Assembly: GCA_041661665.1 (NCBI GenBank)
Contig: JBAZTW010000007.1
Coordinates: 961-64,960, forward strand
DNA from: Phycisphaerae bacterium
Lineage (GTDB): Bacteria > Planctomycetota > Phycisphaerae > Sedimentisphaerales > UBA12454
Length of the DNA: 64,000 nt
Direction of reading: 5' to 3'
In this document: positions 8,453 through 17,925 of the stretch, piece after piece
Position numbering within the stretch: position 1 is the first letter of the stretch
Layout of the letters: every line of letters starts with the position of its first letter
Notes under the pieces: generated by a model
Told to the model about the DNA's origin: nothing
Seen by the model: only the letters and a program-made list of their open reading frames with translations
Database searches by the model: none
Position numbers and translations under genes: made by a program

Positions 8453-10078
8453 ATGGCACAAACCAGATTCGCACCATCACCAACCGGCTATCTCCACGTC
8501 GGAGGGGCGAGAATCGCTCTGTTCGACCTGATATGGGCGAGAAAAACGGGCGGAAAATTCACCCTCCGAATCGAAGATACCGACCAGACCCGAAACAGTC
8601 CCACAGCGGCTGAGCAGGTTATGGCGGATTTGAAGTGGCTCGGTCTGCAATGGGACTTCGGCCCCAAAGTCGGCGGGCCTGCGGAGCCATACTATCAATC
8701 GCAGCGAAGAGATATTTACGACAAATACATCAACCTGCTCATCGAACAGGGCAAGGCATATTACTGTTTCGACACTTCGGAAGAATTGGAGGCGATGCGG
8801 AAAAAAGCAACAGCGGAGAAGAAAAATTTTCTCTACCTGCGGCCGGAGAAATTCCCAACAGTTGCGGATGTCGAAAAAGCACGCAGCGAAGGCAGGCCGG
8901 TTGTTGTGCGATTCTGTATGACCAACGATGAGATTGTCATCAACGAAATTATACGAGGCGAAGTTAAATTCGCAGGCAGCGACCTCAGCGATTTTATCAT
9001 ACAAAAAAGCGACGGCTTTCCGACTTATCATTTTGCATGTGTTGTCGATGATGAACTGATGGGCGTTGACTGCGTAATCAGAGGGCAGGAACATCTGATG
9101 AACACGCCAGGCCACATTATGCTGCAAAAAGCTCTCGGCTTCAGAACGCCGATTTATGCGCATCTGCCTGTAACGATGAATCAATCGGGCGGAAAAATGT
9201 CAAAACGCGACCGCGCCAAAGTTTTGAAGGAAGCGATAAAGGCAAAACCCCAGCTTGATTTGGAAAAATTAGCTTCTGTCGGCGGAATTTTAAAAACTGA
9301 TATTGAAAGTTTTCTCAAAGGCGACAGCACGCCTGATACTCCCGCGGTGAACGCGATGGCGGAATTTCTCGGCATCGAACTGCCGGAGGTTAATGTTGTT
9401 GATTTCTTTAAAAGCGGCTATCTGCCGGAGGCTCTGATAAATTTCATCGCCCTTTTGGGTTACAATCCCGGATTTGATAAGGAAATTTTAACTATTGATG
9501 AGCTTATCGAAAGTTTCGACCCGGCTCGATTCAATAAGACAAACAGCCTGTTTGACCGTAAGAAACTGCTTGCGTTCAATACCGAACATATAAAACTTTT
9601 GAGCGAAGACAAACTCTTAAGCAGGTATAAGGATTTTCTTAAAGGAACAAATTCAATCGCCGCAAACGCTGACGATAAATTACTTTTGAGGATTTTGAAA
9701 GCTTCAGCAGGCGCAAGAACGCTTGCGGAAATTGAGCATAAGAGCAGATTTATTTTTACCCCAGGCGACAAAATCGCTTATGACCAGAAGGATGTCGAAA
9801 AAGTTCTTTTGAAAAACAATGGCGAAGGTTTGGCGATGCTGGCCGAATTGAAAAATCATTTTGCCAAACTTGAAGTGATAAGCGAGCAGGCGATAGAGAC
9901 AATGCTTCGCGGACTCGCTGAAGCAAAACAGGTTGGTCTTGGTAAAGTTGCTCAGCCTTTGCGAGTCGCAATAAGCGGCACAACTATTTCCCTGCCGATT
10001 TTTGAATCAATTGACATACTTGGAATAAAAGAAACATTAAAAAGAATTGACGGAACTATTCTTAAATTTAGTTTGTAG
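8453..10078 (+). CDS. gltX: Glutamyl-tRNA synthetase
   Basis: RFAPSPTGYLHVGGAR (HIGH region) and KMSKR motifs; 541 aa. Confidence 0.92.
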   Translation: MAQTRFAPSPTGYLHVGGARIALFDLIWARKTGGKFTLRIEDTDQTRNSPTAAEQVMADLKWLGLQWDFGPKVGGPAEPYYQSQRRDIYDKYINLLIEQGKAYYCFDTSEELEAMRKKATAEKKNFLYLRPEKFPTVADVEKARSEGRPVVVRFCMTNDEIVINEIIRGEVKFAGSDLSDFIIQKSDGFPTYHFACVVDDELMGVDCVIRGQEHLMNTPGHIMLQKALGFRTPIYAHLPVTMNQSGGKMSKRDRAKVLKEAIKAKPQLDLEKLASVGGILKTDIESFLKGDSTPDTPAVNAMAEFLGIELPEVNVVDFFKSGYLPEALINFIALLGYNPGFDKEILTIDELIESFDPARFNKTNSLFDRKKLLAFNTEHIKLLSEDKLLSRYKDFLKGTNSIAANADDKLLLRILKASAGARTLAEIEHKSRFIFTPGDKIAYDQKDVEKVLLKNNGEGLAMLAELKNHFAKLEVISEQAIETMLRGLAEAKQVGLGKVAQPLRVAISGTTISLPIFESIDILGIKETLKRIDGTILKFSL

Positions 10079-10127
10079 GGTGGACAGCTTGCCTGCCCTG
10101 AGCTTCGTCGAAGGGGCTGTCCACGCG
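10075..10127. repeat. Nested hairpin words overlapping the gltX stop codon
   Basis: In GTAGGGTGGACAGC...GCTGTCCACGCG, the stem GTGGACAGC/GCTGTCCAC carries the word CCTGAGCTTCGTCGAAGGG in its loop. The TAG inside TGTAGGG (10076-10078) is the gltX stop. Confidence 0.8.
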
Positions 10128-10159
10128 ATTTTATTTTTGATATTAATAAGGAGTACGAT

Positions 10160-11062
10160 ATGTCTTTACTGGTAACCGGTTCGATAGGGATTGATACGGT
10201 AGTAACGCCGTTCGGCAAGAGCGAAAACTGCATCGGCGGCTCGGCGGTTTATTTCAGTATGGCCGCAAGTTTCTTTACTCCTGTACGATTCGTCGGCGTT
10301 ATCGGAGATGACTGCCCATTCGATTTGGCGAAGGTTTTCGCAGGCAGAAACGTCGATTTGGCTGGCCTGGAAGTTCGTCGCGGCAGCAAGACGTTCCGCT
10401 GGAAAGGCTCCTATCAGGGCGATATGAGCCAGGCGATTACCGATTGTCTGGAACTTAATGTTTTGTCGGAACATCCGCCTGTTGTGCCGGAGCAATTCAG
10501 AGACAGCGAATTTGTCTTCCTGGCAAATACGCATCCGACGCTGCAGATTCAGCTTTTGGAACAGTTGAAAAGTCCCAAATTTGTCGTCGCTGATACGATG
10601 AATTGCTGGATTGACAGGCAGACAGATGAATTAAAAAGACTGTTGAGTAAAATTAATGTTCTTATTCTTAATGAGGGTGAGGCGAAAATGCTCACCAGGA
10701 ACGATAACCTGGCGATTGCCGCTGATGAGCTTCGCAAGCTGGGGCCTAAATTTGTGGTTATCAAAAAAGGAGCCGATGGCTCAATGCTCGTTGGCGAAAA
10801 TGAATTTTTTATGCTGCCGGGCTTTCCCTCCAGGGAAGTAAAAGACCCGACCGGCGCGGGCGATTCCTTTGCAGGGGCTTTTATGGGCTATTTAGCCTCA
10901 GTCGGCAAGACCGACGCGAAACTTATGCGAACTGCGATTGCTTACGGAACGGTAACCGCTTCGCTGGTGATTGAAGGGTTTTCAATGTCGTCAATCGCTG
11001 CTATAAGCAAGACTGTCATAGATGCCAGACTTGCGCAGCTTAGAAAAATGACAGAATTTTAA
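10160..11062 (+). CDS. PfkB-family carbohydrate/nucleoside kinase
   Basis: C-terminal DPTGAGDSFAGAF motif typical of the ribokinase/PfkB family. N-terminal GSIGIDT. Confidence 0.8.
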   Translation: MSLLVTGSIGIDTVVTPFGKSENCIGGSAVYFSMAASFFTPVRFVGVIGDDCPFDLAKVFAGRNVDLAGLEVRRGSKTFRWKGSYQGDMSQAITDCLELNVLSEHPPVVPEQFRDSEFVFLANTHPTLQIQLLEQLKSPKFVVADTMNCWIDRQTDELKRLLSKINVLILNEGEAKMLTRNDNLAIAADELRKLGPKFVVIKKGADGSMLVGENEFFMLPGFPSREVKDPTGAGDSFAGAFMGYLASVGKTDAKLMRTAIAYGTVTASLVIEGFSMSSIAAISKTVIDARLAQLRKMTEF

Positions 11063-11092
11063 AAAAGTAATCAGAGCCGCGAAGAATTTATA

Positions 11093-11120
11093 TTTCTTTG
11101 TGCCTTTGTGCCTTTGTGTC
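11093..11120 (+). repeat. CCTTTGTG word run directly upstream of thpR
   Basis: TTTCTTTGTGCCTTTGTGCCTTTGTGTC. Related runs in the same orientation lie at 631-652, 1271-1304, 49005-49040 and 60181-60200. Confidence 0.8.
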
Positions 11121-11130
11121 TGATTGTTTT

Positions 11131-11700
11131 ATGCGATTATTCATTGCCATTGATATTGATGATGCCGTCAAAGCCGCTATTGTAAAATTGCAGCAGCGGA
11201 TGAAGCAAAGCCTGCGGAACGGTAACGGCCTCAAGTGGGTTGAACCAGAGCAGATGCACCTTACGCTGAAATTTTTGGGCGAAGTGAACGATGGCAGACT
11301 CGACGAAATTGCCGAAACAATAAATATAGCCTGTTTGGAAAAAAGGGCATTTGAATTTGAGCTTTCCGCTGTTGGAACTTTCGGCAGACCATCAAAAGTC
11401 TTATGGCTCGGCAGTGAAAAGCAAAGCGGCGAACTCCTCGCCCTTGTCGATTCGGTCGAACTGGCTCTGCAGGAACTTGGATTTGAAAAGGAAAATCGGC
11501 CTTTCAGTGCGCATTTGACTTTGGCAAGGGTTAAAGATAACTGCATTGAAAAAAATCTGCGGCGAGTAGTGAACGAGAATCAGAAAGTGGAAATACCGAT
11601 GGTTTTGGTTGGTTCGGTTTGTCTTTATAAAAGCCAGTTGACATTAACCGGCCCAGTCTATACCCTGTTGAGAAAAATAGAACTAAAAAAGGATTTTTGA
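11131..11700 (+). CDS. thpR: RNA 2',3'-cyclic phosphodiesterase (2H phosphoesterase, ThpR/LigT)
   Basis: MRLFIAIDI start and two H-x-T-x motifs ([15 protein letters not shown]). The longest ORF starts at a TTG (11098) inside the repeat, so ATG 11131 is preferred. Confidence 0.85.
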   Translation: MRLFIAIDIDDAVKAAIVKLQQRMKQSLRNGNGLKWVEPEQMHLTLKFLGEVNDGRLDEIAETINIACLEKRAFEFELSAVGTFGRPSKVLWLGSEKQSGELLALVDSVELALQELGFEKENRPFSAHLTLARVKDNCIEKNLRRVVNENQKVEIPMVLVGSVCLYKSQLTLTGPVYTLLRKIELKKDF

Positions 11701-11713
11701 GAGTGATTTACTT

Positions 11714-12787
11714 ATGTTAAAGACAGCAAAAACGAAAAAAGCGGCAGTTGAAAAACCAGAAAAAACCGTAAAAACCGAAAAAGCAGGTGTAAAGACCGAC
11801 GGCGCACTTGAGCGGGCAATCGCTCAAATCGAAAAGCAGTATGGTGCCGGCTCGATTATGCAGATGGACCAGAGCAAATACGCCAAAATCGAAGGCACTC
11901 CGACCGGTTCGCTCTCGTTAGACATCGCTCTTGGCGGTTGCGGCGTTCCCAGAGGCAGGGTTATCGAATTTTTCGGCCCCGAATCCAGCGGAAAAACAAC
12001 CCTCGCTCTGCACGTCATCGCAAACGCACAGAAAAAAGGCGGGGTTGCGGCATTTATAGATGCAGAACACGCCCTGGACACAACCTGGGCGAAAAAACTC
12101 GGCGTTGATGTCAGCGGCCTTCTCGTCAGCCAGCCCGACACAGGCGAACAGGCTCTCGATATCGCGGAAATGCTGATAAAGTCAAACGCCGTCGATGTGA
12201 TTGTTATCGATTCAGTCGCCGCTCTCATACCTGCCGCTGAACTGGCAGGTGAAATGGGGCAGTCTCATATGGGGCTTCAGGCAAGACTTATGAGCCAGGC
12301 AATGAGAAAACTCACCGGCGTTATAAACAAAAGCAAGACCAGTCTCATTTTTATCAATCAAATAAGAATGAAAATCGGCGTTATGTTCGGAAACCCTGAA
12401 ACAACGACCGGCGGAAACGCTTTGAAATTTTACAGCTCTATCAGATTGGATATCAGAAGAATTTCCACAATTAAGGAAGGCACCGACGCGATCGGAAACA
12501 GAGTAAGGGCAAGAGTCGTGAAGAATAAAATCGCCCCGCCTTTCCGTGAAGCTGAGTTCGATATTATGTTCAACGGCGGGATAAGCTACGAAGGCGATTT
12601 AATTGATTTGGGAACAACCCATAATGTCGTTACTAAAAGCGGCGCTTGGCTTCTCTATGGCGATACTAAATTAGGTCAGGGCAGAGAAAACGCCAAAAAG
12701 TTCCTGATTGAAAATCCGAAGTTGACGGAAGAAATAAAAGAAAAAATCCTCCTCGCCGTCGGCGTAAAAGAGGATGCCAAAAAATAA
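11714..12787 (+). CDS. recA: Recombinase RecA
   Basis: [12 protein letters not shown] Walker [45 protein letters not shown]. Confidence 0.97.
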   Translation: MLKTAKTKKAAVEKPEKTVKTEKAGVKTDGALERAIAQIEKQYGAGSIMQMDQSKYAKIEGTPTGSLSLDIALGGCGVPRGRVIEFFGPESSGKTTLALHVIANAQKKGGVAAFIDAEHALDTTWAKKLGVDVSGLLVSQPDTGEQALDIAEMLIKSNAVDVIVIDSVAALIPAAELAGEMGQSHMGLQARLMSQAMRKLTGVINKSKTSLIFINQIRMKIGVMFGNPETTTGGNALKFYSSIRLDIRRISTIKEGTDAIGNRVRARVVKNKIAPPFREAEFDIMFNGGISYEGDLIDLGTTHNVVTKSGAWLLYGDTKLGQGRENAKKFLIENPKLTEEIKEKILLAVGVKEDAKK

Positions 12788-12800
12788 TTTTCAAAATGTT

Positions 12801-13140
12801 TAGCCCCCACACCTGTGGTGGGGGTTATTTCGTGGTTAGGGTTAGCCCTGCCATCACTATGGCAGGGTCCGTGGTTAGCCCCGGCCACCTGTCCTGAGCT
12901 TGTCGAAGGAATACTTTGCCGGGGTTCAGAGCCCAAGCGATAGCGCAGGGTGTTATTTAACCCCCAGTTCTACTGGGGGTCGTAGTCAGAGCCGCGACAG
13001 TAATGGAGCGGTCAGTTTTATATAATTTTTTTTCTCTGTGTCTCTGCCCGTCGCGGCGTAGTTTTGTAGGGTGGACAGCTTGCTGTCCACGCGGTTGTTT
13101 TTTTTAATCTGTGAAATCCGCGTAATCCGCGGTTAAAATT
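12801..13140. repeat. Cluster of hairpin words between recA and the R-M cassette
   Basis: Contains TAGCCCCCACACCTGTGGTGGGGGTTA, CACTATGGCAGGG, CCTGTCCTGAGCTTGTCGAAGGA and CAGAGCCCAAGCGATAGCGCAGGG. Also AACCCCCAGTTCTACTGGGGGT, CAGAGCCGCGACAG, TTCTCTGTGTCTCTG, GTAGGGTGGACAGCTTGCTGTCCACGCGG and AATCCGCGGTTA. Confidence 0.85.
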
Positions 13141-13142
13141 AT

Positions 13143-13183
13143 GTCTCTGTGGTGAAAAGTTAAATGTCAAATTCCGCTGAAAA
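13143..13183 (+). repeat. Orphan duplicate of the alaS translation-start region (left direct repeat of the R-M cassette)
   Basis: GTCTCTGTGGTGAAAAGTTAAATGTCAAATTCCGCTGAAA matches 15223-15263 at 38 of 41 positions by manual alignment. The match includes ATG TCA AAT TCC GCT GAA (MSNSAE). Confidence 0.8.
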
Positions 13184-13258
13184 AGTTGTAGGGTGGACTC
13201 TTGACCCATGCGGTTATCTGTTAACATCGACCTGTTTGAATAAGTAGAGAAATAAAAA

Positions 13259-14041
13259 ATGAACTATTGGACAGATTTAAGCATAACGTATGCGAGCCAA
13301 AGAAGTTATTTGGATGATCTTTTTAGGGTGTATCCGACAGTACCGGAAGGGATTCGTGATGTTGATAATTCTTTGTGGAATGAAATTGAAACCGCATTTA
13401 ATGGCAAAAACGATATAGTATTATTGAAAAAATTGCTTAAACTTAAACTGTTTCCGATAAAAGATTCTTATGTTGCCTATCTAAGAAGAGATAAGCATGC
13501 ATTAGAACATAATCCTGCAACCGTTTCAAGGATATGTGGTCGTTTATATGAAATGGGGTTAAGTGAAATTTTCAAAAAGAGTTCTGAGGCAAAGGAAACA
13601 AACAGACAAATTGGCCCACTCTTTAAGAGATGGATTGAAAGCGGAGTATTGGGAGTTCCTATTTTACAGGAACGAGATTTTGTTTTAAATAACAGTAACG
13701 CTATATTGCGTGGCAGTGATAACCAGCTTGCTGATTTTGCTAAGCGGCATTTGTGTTACACAAGAAACAAGGGGCTTGATTTTATAGGTCGCTTTAATGG
13801 AAAATATGTTATAGGAGAATCGAAGTTTTTAACAGATTTCGGCGGCCATCAGAACGCACAGTTTAATGATGCCATAGAATTACTGAAATTAGAGGCGGTT
13901 GCCGCTATGAAGATTGCTATTCTTGATGGCGTACTTTATATAGGAGGCAAAAGCAAAATGCACAATTTTTTGAAAACTTGCCCTTCTGGATATAATATTT
14001 TAAGTGCGCTTGTATTAAGAGAATTTTTATATCAGCTTTAA
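13259..14041 (+). CDS. Probable type II restriction endonuclease (PD-(D/E)XK-like core)
   Basis: It lies 2 nt upstream of a DNA methyltransferase gene. Candidate catalytic core is GLDFIGRFNGKYVIGESKF (D-X12-E-S-K). It is AT-rich relative to recA and alaS. Specificity unknown. Confidence 0.6.
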   Translation: MNYWTDLSITYASQRSYLDDLFRVYPTVPEGIRDVDNSLWNEIETAFNGKNDIVLLKKLLKLKLFPIKDSYVAYLRRDKHALEHNPATVSRICGRLYEMGLSEIFKKSSEAKETNRQIGPLFKRWIESGVLGVPILQERDFVLNNSNAILRGSDNQLADFAKRHLCYTRNKGLDFIGRFNGKYVIGESKFLTDFGGHQNAQFNDAIELLKLEAVAAMKIAILDGVLYIGGKSKMHNFLKTCPSGYNILSALVLREFLYQL

Positions 14042-14043
14042 AT

Positions 14044-15204
14044 ATGTTTTTAGATTACGACAATAAAAAAACTGAACAGGAAATACTTGCTTTAAGAAGC
14101 AATGGCAGATTAAGTCTGCCTTTGGCAGATATTAAAGAAAAGAATTTATTGATGTTCGGCGATAATTTCGAGATTATGCAATGTCTGCTTTGGGATTTGA
14201 ATTTTGCAGGCAAAATAGATATGGTCTATATAGACCCGCCTTTTGCAACAAATAATATCTTCAGAGTAGGTCAGGAAAGAACTAATACAATCAGTTCGAG
14301 TTATTCTGATACCGAAGCATATTGCGATTTGTTGAAAGGGGCTGAATTTCTCGAATTTTTGCGAGAAAGAATTATTCTTATCAGGGAATTAATGTCTGAA
14401 AAAGCGTCCATATATTTGCATATCGATTACAAAATCGGTCATTATGTCAAAGTGATTATGGATGAGATATTCGGAGAAGGTAATTTTAGGGGTGATATAA
14501 CAAGAATAAAATGCAATCCTAAAAATTTTTCAAGAAAAGGATATGGAAATATAAAGGATTTAATCCTGTTTTATTCAAAAACAGATGACTTTATATGGAA
14601 CGAACCGAAAGAATCTATGACGGAAAGTGATGTTGAAAGGCTTTTCAAAAAAATTGATGAAAATGGCAAAAGATACACAACTATTCCTTTACACGCACCA
14701 GGCGAAACCGTTAATGGGGCTACAGGCCAAAGCTGGCGAGGAGTAAATCCGCCGCCCGGGCGACACTGGAGAAGTTCGCCACAAATACTTGAACAGCTCG
14801 ATAAAGATGGGCTTGTAGAATGGTCTTCTAACGGTGTCCCTCGCAAGAAAATATATGCCGATGAATGTGAAGCCAAAGGCAAAAAAGTTCAGGATATCTG
14901 GGAGTACAAAGACCCGCAGTACCCGGCTTATCCGACGGAAAAGAATATCGATATGATTGAGTTCCTCGTAAAAGCATCTTCAAATCCAAATGATACGATT
15001 ATGGATTGCTTTATGGGGTCTGGCACAACTCTTGTTGCGGCAAACAGACTTGGACGAAATTGGATTGGAATAGATAGCTCAGAAGAAGCATTGAAGATAG
15101 CTGAAAACCGTTTGAAGAAAGAAGAATCGGGTTTGTTCGTTGGAAAACCAGAATATCAAAAATTAAAATTGGAAATGTTAATGCCGTCTATAACGGCAAA
15201 ATAA
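14044..15204 (+). CDS. Beta-class N6-adenine/N4-cytosine DNA methyltransferase (Mod/COG2189-like)
   Basis: Motif IV VYIDPPFATN precedes motif I DCFMGSGTTLVAA (beta permutation). LHIDYKIGHYVKVIMDEIFGEGNF is the block typical of Mod-like adenine methylases, as I recall. Confidence 0.85.
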   Translation: MFLDYDNKKTEQEILALRSNGRLSLPLADIKEKNLLMFGDNFEIMQCLLWDLNFAGKIDMVYIDPPFATNNIFRVGQERTNTISSSYSDTEAYCDLLKGAEFLEFLRERIILIRELMSEKASIYLHIDYKIGHYVKVIMDEIFGEGNFRGDITRIKCNPKNFSRKGYGNIKDLILFYSKTDDFIWNEPKESMTESDVERLFKKIDENGKRYTTIPLHAPGETVNGATGQSWRGVNPPPGRHWRSSPQILEQLDKDGLVEWSSNGVPRKKIYADECEAKGKKVQDIWEYKDPQYPAYPTEKNIDMIEFLVKASSNPNDTIMDCFMGSGTTLVAANRLGRNWIGIDSSEEALKIAENRLKKEESGLFVGKPEYQKLKLEMLMPSITAK

Positions 15205-15215
15205 ACAGAAAAAAA

Positions 15216-15252
15216 TCTCTGTGTCTCTGTGGTGAAAAATTCGATGTCAAAT
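15216..15252 (+). promoter_or_regulatory. CTCTGTG-word / GGTGAA / N7 / ATGTCAAAT translation-start module (alaS copy)
   Basis: TCTCTGTGTCTCTGTGGTGAA-AAATTCG-ATGTCAAAT. It is identical apart from the 7-nt spacer to 17926-17962. GGTGA is complementary to the anti-SD region and is the only SD-like sequence. Confidence 0.6.
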
Positions 15253-17919
15253 TCCGCTGAAATTAGAAGTTCGTTTATAAAGTTTTTTGAGGACAAGGGT
15301 CATACCTTTGTGCCGTCCTCGCCGGTGATACCCCTCGGCGATGATACGCTCCTGTTCGCAAACGCCGGTATGAACCAATTTAAGGATGTTTTCCTCGGCA
15401 CAGGCAGCAGAAACTACACGCGCGCCGTCAACAGCCAAAAATGTATCCGCGCAGGCGGCAAACACAACGACCTCGAAGATGTAGGCACAGACACTTACCA
15501 CCACACCTTTTTTGAAATGCTCGGCAACTGGTCGTTTGGCGATTATTTTAAAGCAGAAGCAATCGAATGGGCATGGGAACTTTTAACGCGGGTCTGGAAA
15601 ATCGACGCAAGCCGACTGCACGTTACATATTTTCAGGGCGATTCACATGATGGCCTCGACCCTGACGATGAAGCGAAAAAATTCTGGAGCAAATACCTGC
15701 CCGAAGACAGAATCCACAAGGGCAACAAAAAAGATAACTTCTGGGAAATGGGCGAAACAGGCCCCTGCGGCCCCTGCAGCGAAATACATTACGATGGCAC
15801 GCCCGACAAATCAGGCGGAAAACTTGTCAACGCAGGCAGCCCCGATGTTATTGAAATTTGGAATCTGGTATTTATACAATTCAACCGCGATACCACCGGC
15901 AAACTAACTCCCCTGCCCGCAAACCACGTTGATACCGGTATGGGCTTGGAAAGAATCACGCGCGTTTTACATAATAAAACATCAAATTACGATACCGATG
16001 TTTTCGCCGCGATAATCGGCGCAACTGAAAAACTTACCGGCAAAAAATACACCGCTAAACTCGAAGACAAAACCGACATCGCGTTTCGCGTCATCGCCGA
16101 CCATTTGCGAACGCTCGTTTTTGCTATTACCGATGGTGGCGTTGTCAGCAACGAAGGCAGAGGTTATGTCCTGCGAAGAATTTTGCGCCGAGCCGCAAGG
16201 TTCGGCAGAACCCTCGGTATGCACGAACCGTTTATGTATAAACTTGTCGATGTCGTCGTCGAAACAATGGGACAGGCCTTCGGCGAATTAAAAGAAAGAA
16301 CCGAACTTGTAAAAACGGTTATAAAATCTGAAGAAGAAAGTTTCGGCAGAACTCTCGATAGAGGCCTTGAGATATTCGCCTCTGCCGCCGACAAAGCCGC
16401 CAAGCTCGGCATTATCAGCGGTGCGGATGCCTTTGAACTTTACGATACATTCGGCTTCCCGCTCGATTTAACCGCCCTGATGGCCAGAGAAAAAAATCTC
16501 AAAGTTGATACCGCCGGCTTTGAAGATTTAATGAATCAGCAAAGACAGCGGGCCAGAGCCGCGCAAAAAGCTGCCAGCTTCGCGGCATTTGTTACAGATG
16601 AAAAATTACCCGCCACAGATGATATGGCCAAATACGCGCAGGATAAAATAACAGCGAAAGTTTTAGGCTGGATTGACGAAAAGGGCTGGCACTCGCAGGG
16701 TAATATCACAAATGATGCCGCAATAGTTCTGGACAAGACCTGTTTCTACGCCGAGTCAGGCGGACAAACAGGCGACAGCGGCGCAATAATAACAGCAGAC
16801 GGAATTTTCGCAGTTGAAGCGACCGAAAAAATCGCCGACTGCATTATACACAAAGGTAAATTTAAAAAAGGAACTATCAAGGTCGGCGATGCCGTCGAAG
16901 CCATAGTTGACGCTGCAAGACGCGAAACCAAAAAAAATCACACCGCCACTCACCTGCTCCAATGGGCATTGCAGAAAGTCTGCGGCAGAAGTATCGCCCA
17001 GCAGGGCTCGCTTGTTTCTCCTGAATATCTGCGATTCGACTTCACTTCGCCAAAAGCCCTGACTGATGAACAGACAAAGGAAGTGGAAAAATTAGTTAAC
17101 GAAAAAATCTCACACTCCGTGCCTATTTGCTGTGCGACGCTGCCGATTGAAAAAGCGAAAAAGCTCGGCGCTATGGCGCTCTTCGGCGAAAAATACGGCA
17201 AAACCGTCCGCGTTATAGCCGTCGGTGCTGATAACGAAAATAATCTCGATGATGCCTTCAGCAAGGAATTCTGCGGCGGAACACACGTCGCAAACACCGG
17301 CGCAATAGGCGGTTTCAAAATCATAAAAGAAGAATCCGTCTCCGCAGGCGTTCGCAGAATCACCGCCCTGACCGGCAAAGGACTGAATGAGTACTATAAT
17401 AAGATGGGCGGTATTGTTGAAAACTTAGGTCAACTCCTGAAAGTCCCCGCTGACCAGATTTGCGAAAGAGTAAATAAAATCCTCGACGACAATAAAAATC
17501 TCGCCAAACAATTAAAGACCGCCTCTAAGCAAAGCGGTGCTGATGTAATGAGCAAAGCCAGGCAGCTTTTGGAAAGCTGCGAGAAAATAGGCACAAGTTC
17601 TGTTATTGTAAATGCCCTCGAATCCGCTACAATTGATGAGGCTCGCGAAGCGATTGATATGATAAAGGCAAAGGCAGGCTCCGCAGCAGTCGTCTTCGGA
17701 TTTGCCGAGGGCGATAAAGTTACCCTGCTTGCCGGCGTAAGCGATGACCTTATTAAGAAAGGCCTAAAGGCAGGCGATATCGTCAAGGAAATCGCACCCA
17801 TCGTTGGCGGCGGCGGAGGCGGAAAACCGCAAATGGCTCAGGCAGGCGGCAAAAATCCAAAGAATCTTCCGCAGGCCTTAACTCGTGCAATAGAATACAT
17901 TAAAGATAAAATAGTTTAA
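15244..17919 (+). CDS. alaS: Alanyl-tRNA synthetase
   Basis: MSNSAEIRSSFIKFFEDKGH, FANAGMNQFK, GNWSFGDYFK, editing-domain HTATHLL and CGGTHV motifs. Start at ATG 15244; the longest ORF starts at GTG 15229 inside the repeat. Confidence 0.95.
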   Translation: MSNSAEIRSSFIKFFEDKGHTFVPSSPVIPLGDDTLLFANAGMNQFKDVFLGTGSRNYTRAVNSQKCIRAGGKHNDLEDVGTDTYHHTFFEMLGNWSFGDYFKAEAIEWAWELLTRVWKIDASRLHVTYFQGDSHDGLDPDDEAKKFWSKYLPEDRIHKGNKKDNFWEMGETGPCGPCSEIHYDGTPDKSGGKLVNAGSPDVIEIWNLVFIQFNRDTTGKLTPLPANHVDTGMGLERITRVLHNKTSNYDTDVFAAIIGATEKLTGKKYTAKLEDKTDIAFRVIADHLRTLVFAITDGGVVSNEGRGYVLRRILRRAARFGRTLGMHEPFMYKLVDVVVETMGQAFGELKERTELVKTVIKSEEESFGRTLDRGLEIFASAADKAAKLGIISGADAFELYDTFGFPLDLTALMAREKNLKVDTAGFEDLMNQQRQRARAAQKAASFAAFVTDEKLPATDDMAKYAQDKITAKVLGWIDEKGWHSQGNITNDAAIVLDKTCFYAESGGQTGDSGAIITADGIFAVEATEKIADCIIHKGKFKKGTIKVGDAVEAIVDAARRETKKNHTATHLLQWALQKVCGRSIAQQGSLVSPEYLRFDFTSPKALTDEQTKEVEKLVNEKISHSVPICCATLPIEKAKKLGAMALFGEKYGKTVRVIAVGADNENNLDDAFSKEFCGGTHVANTGAIGGFKIIKEESVSAGVRRITALTGKGLNEYYNKMGGIVENLGQLLKVPADQICERVNKILDDNKNLAKQLKTASKQSGADVMSKARQLLESCEKIGTSSVIVNALESATIDEAREAIDMIKAKAGSAAVVFGFAEGDKVTLLAGVSDDLIKKGLKAGDIVKEIAPIVGGGGGGKPQMAQAGGKNPKNLPQALTRAIEYIKDKIV

Positions 17920-17925
17920 GTTTTT

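Noticed and set aside
8477-9184. Long antisense ORFs inside well-supported genes. Examples are 8477-9184(-) in gltX, 16950-17378(-) in alaS, 21509-22141(-) and 23083-23847(-) in the FAD/Fe-S oxidase, 33162-33791(+) in leuA, 42218-42841(-) in DUF1015, 47852-48436(+) in glyA and 58294-58935(+) in pfp.
   Set aside because: Each lies opposite a gene with clear family motifs and has low-complexity or Arg/Ser-rich composition. They are shadow ORFs.
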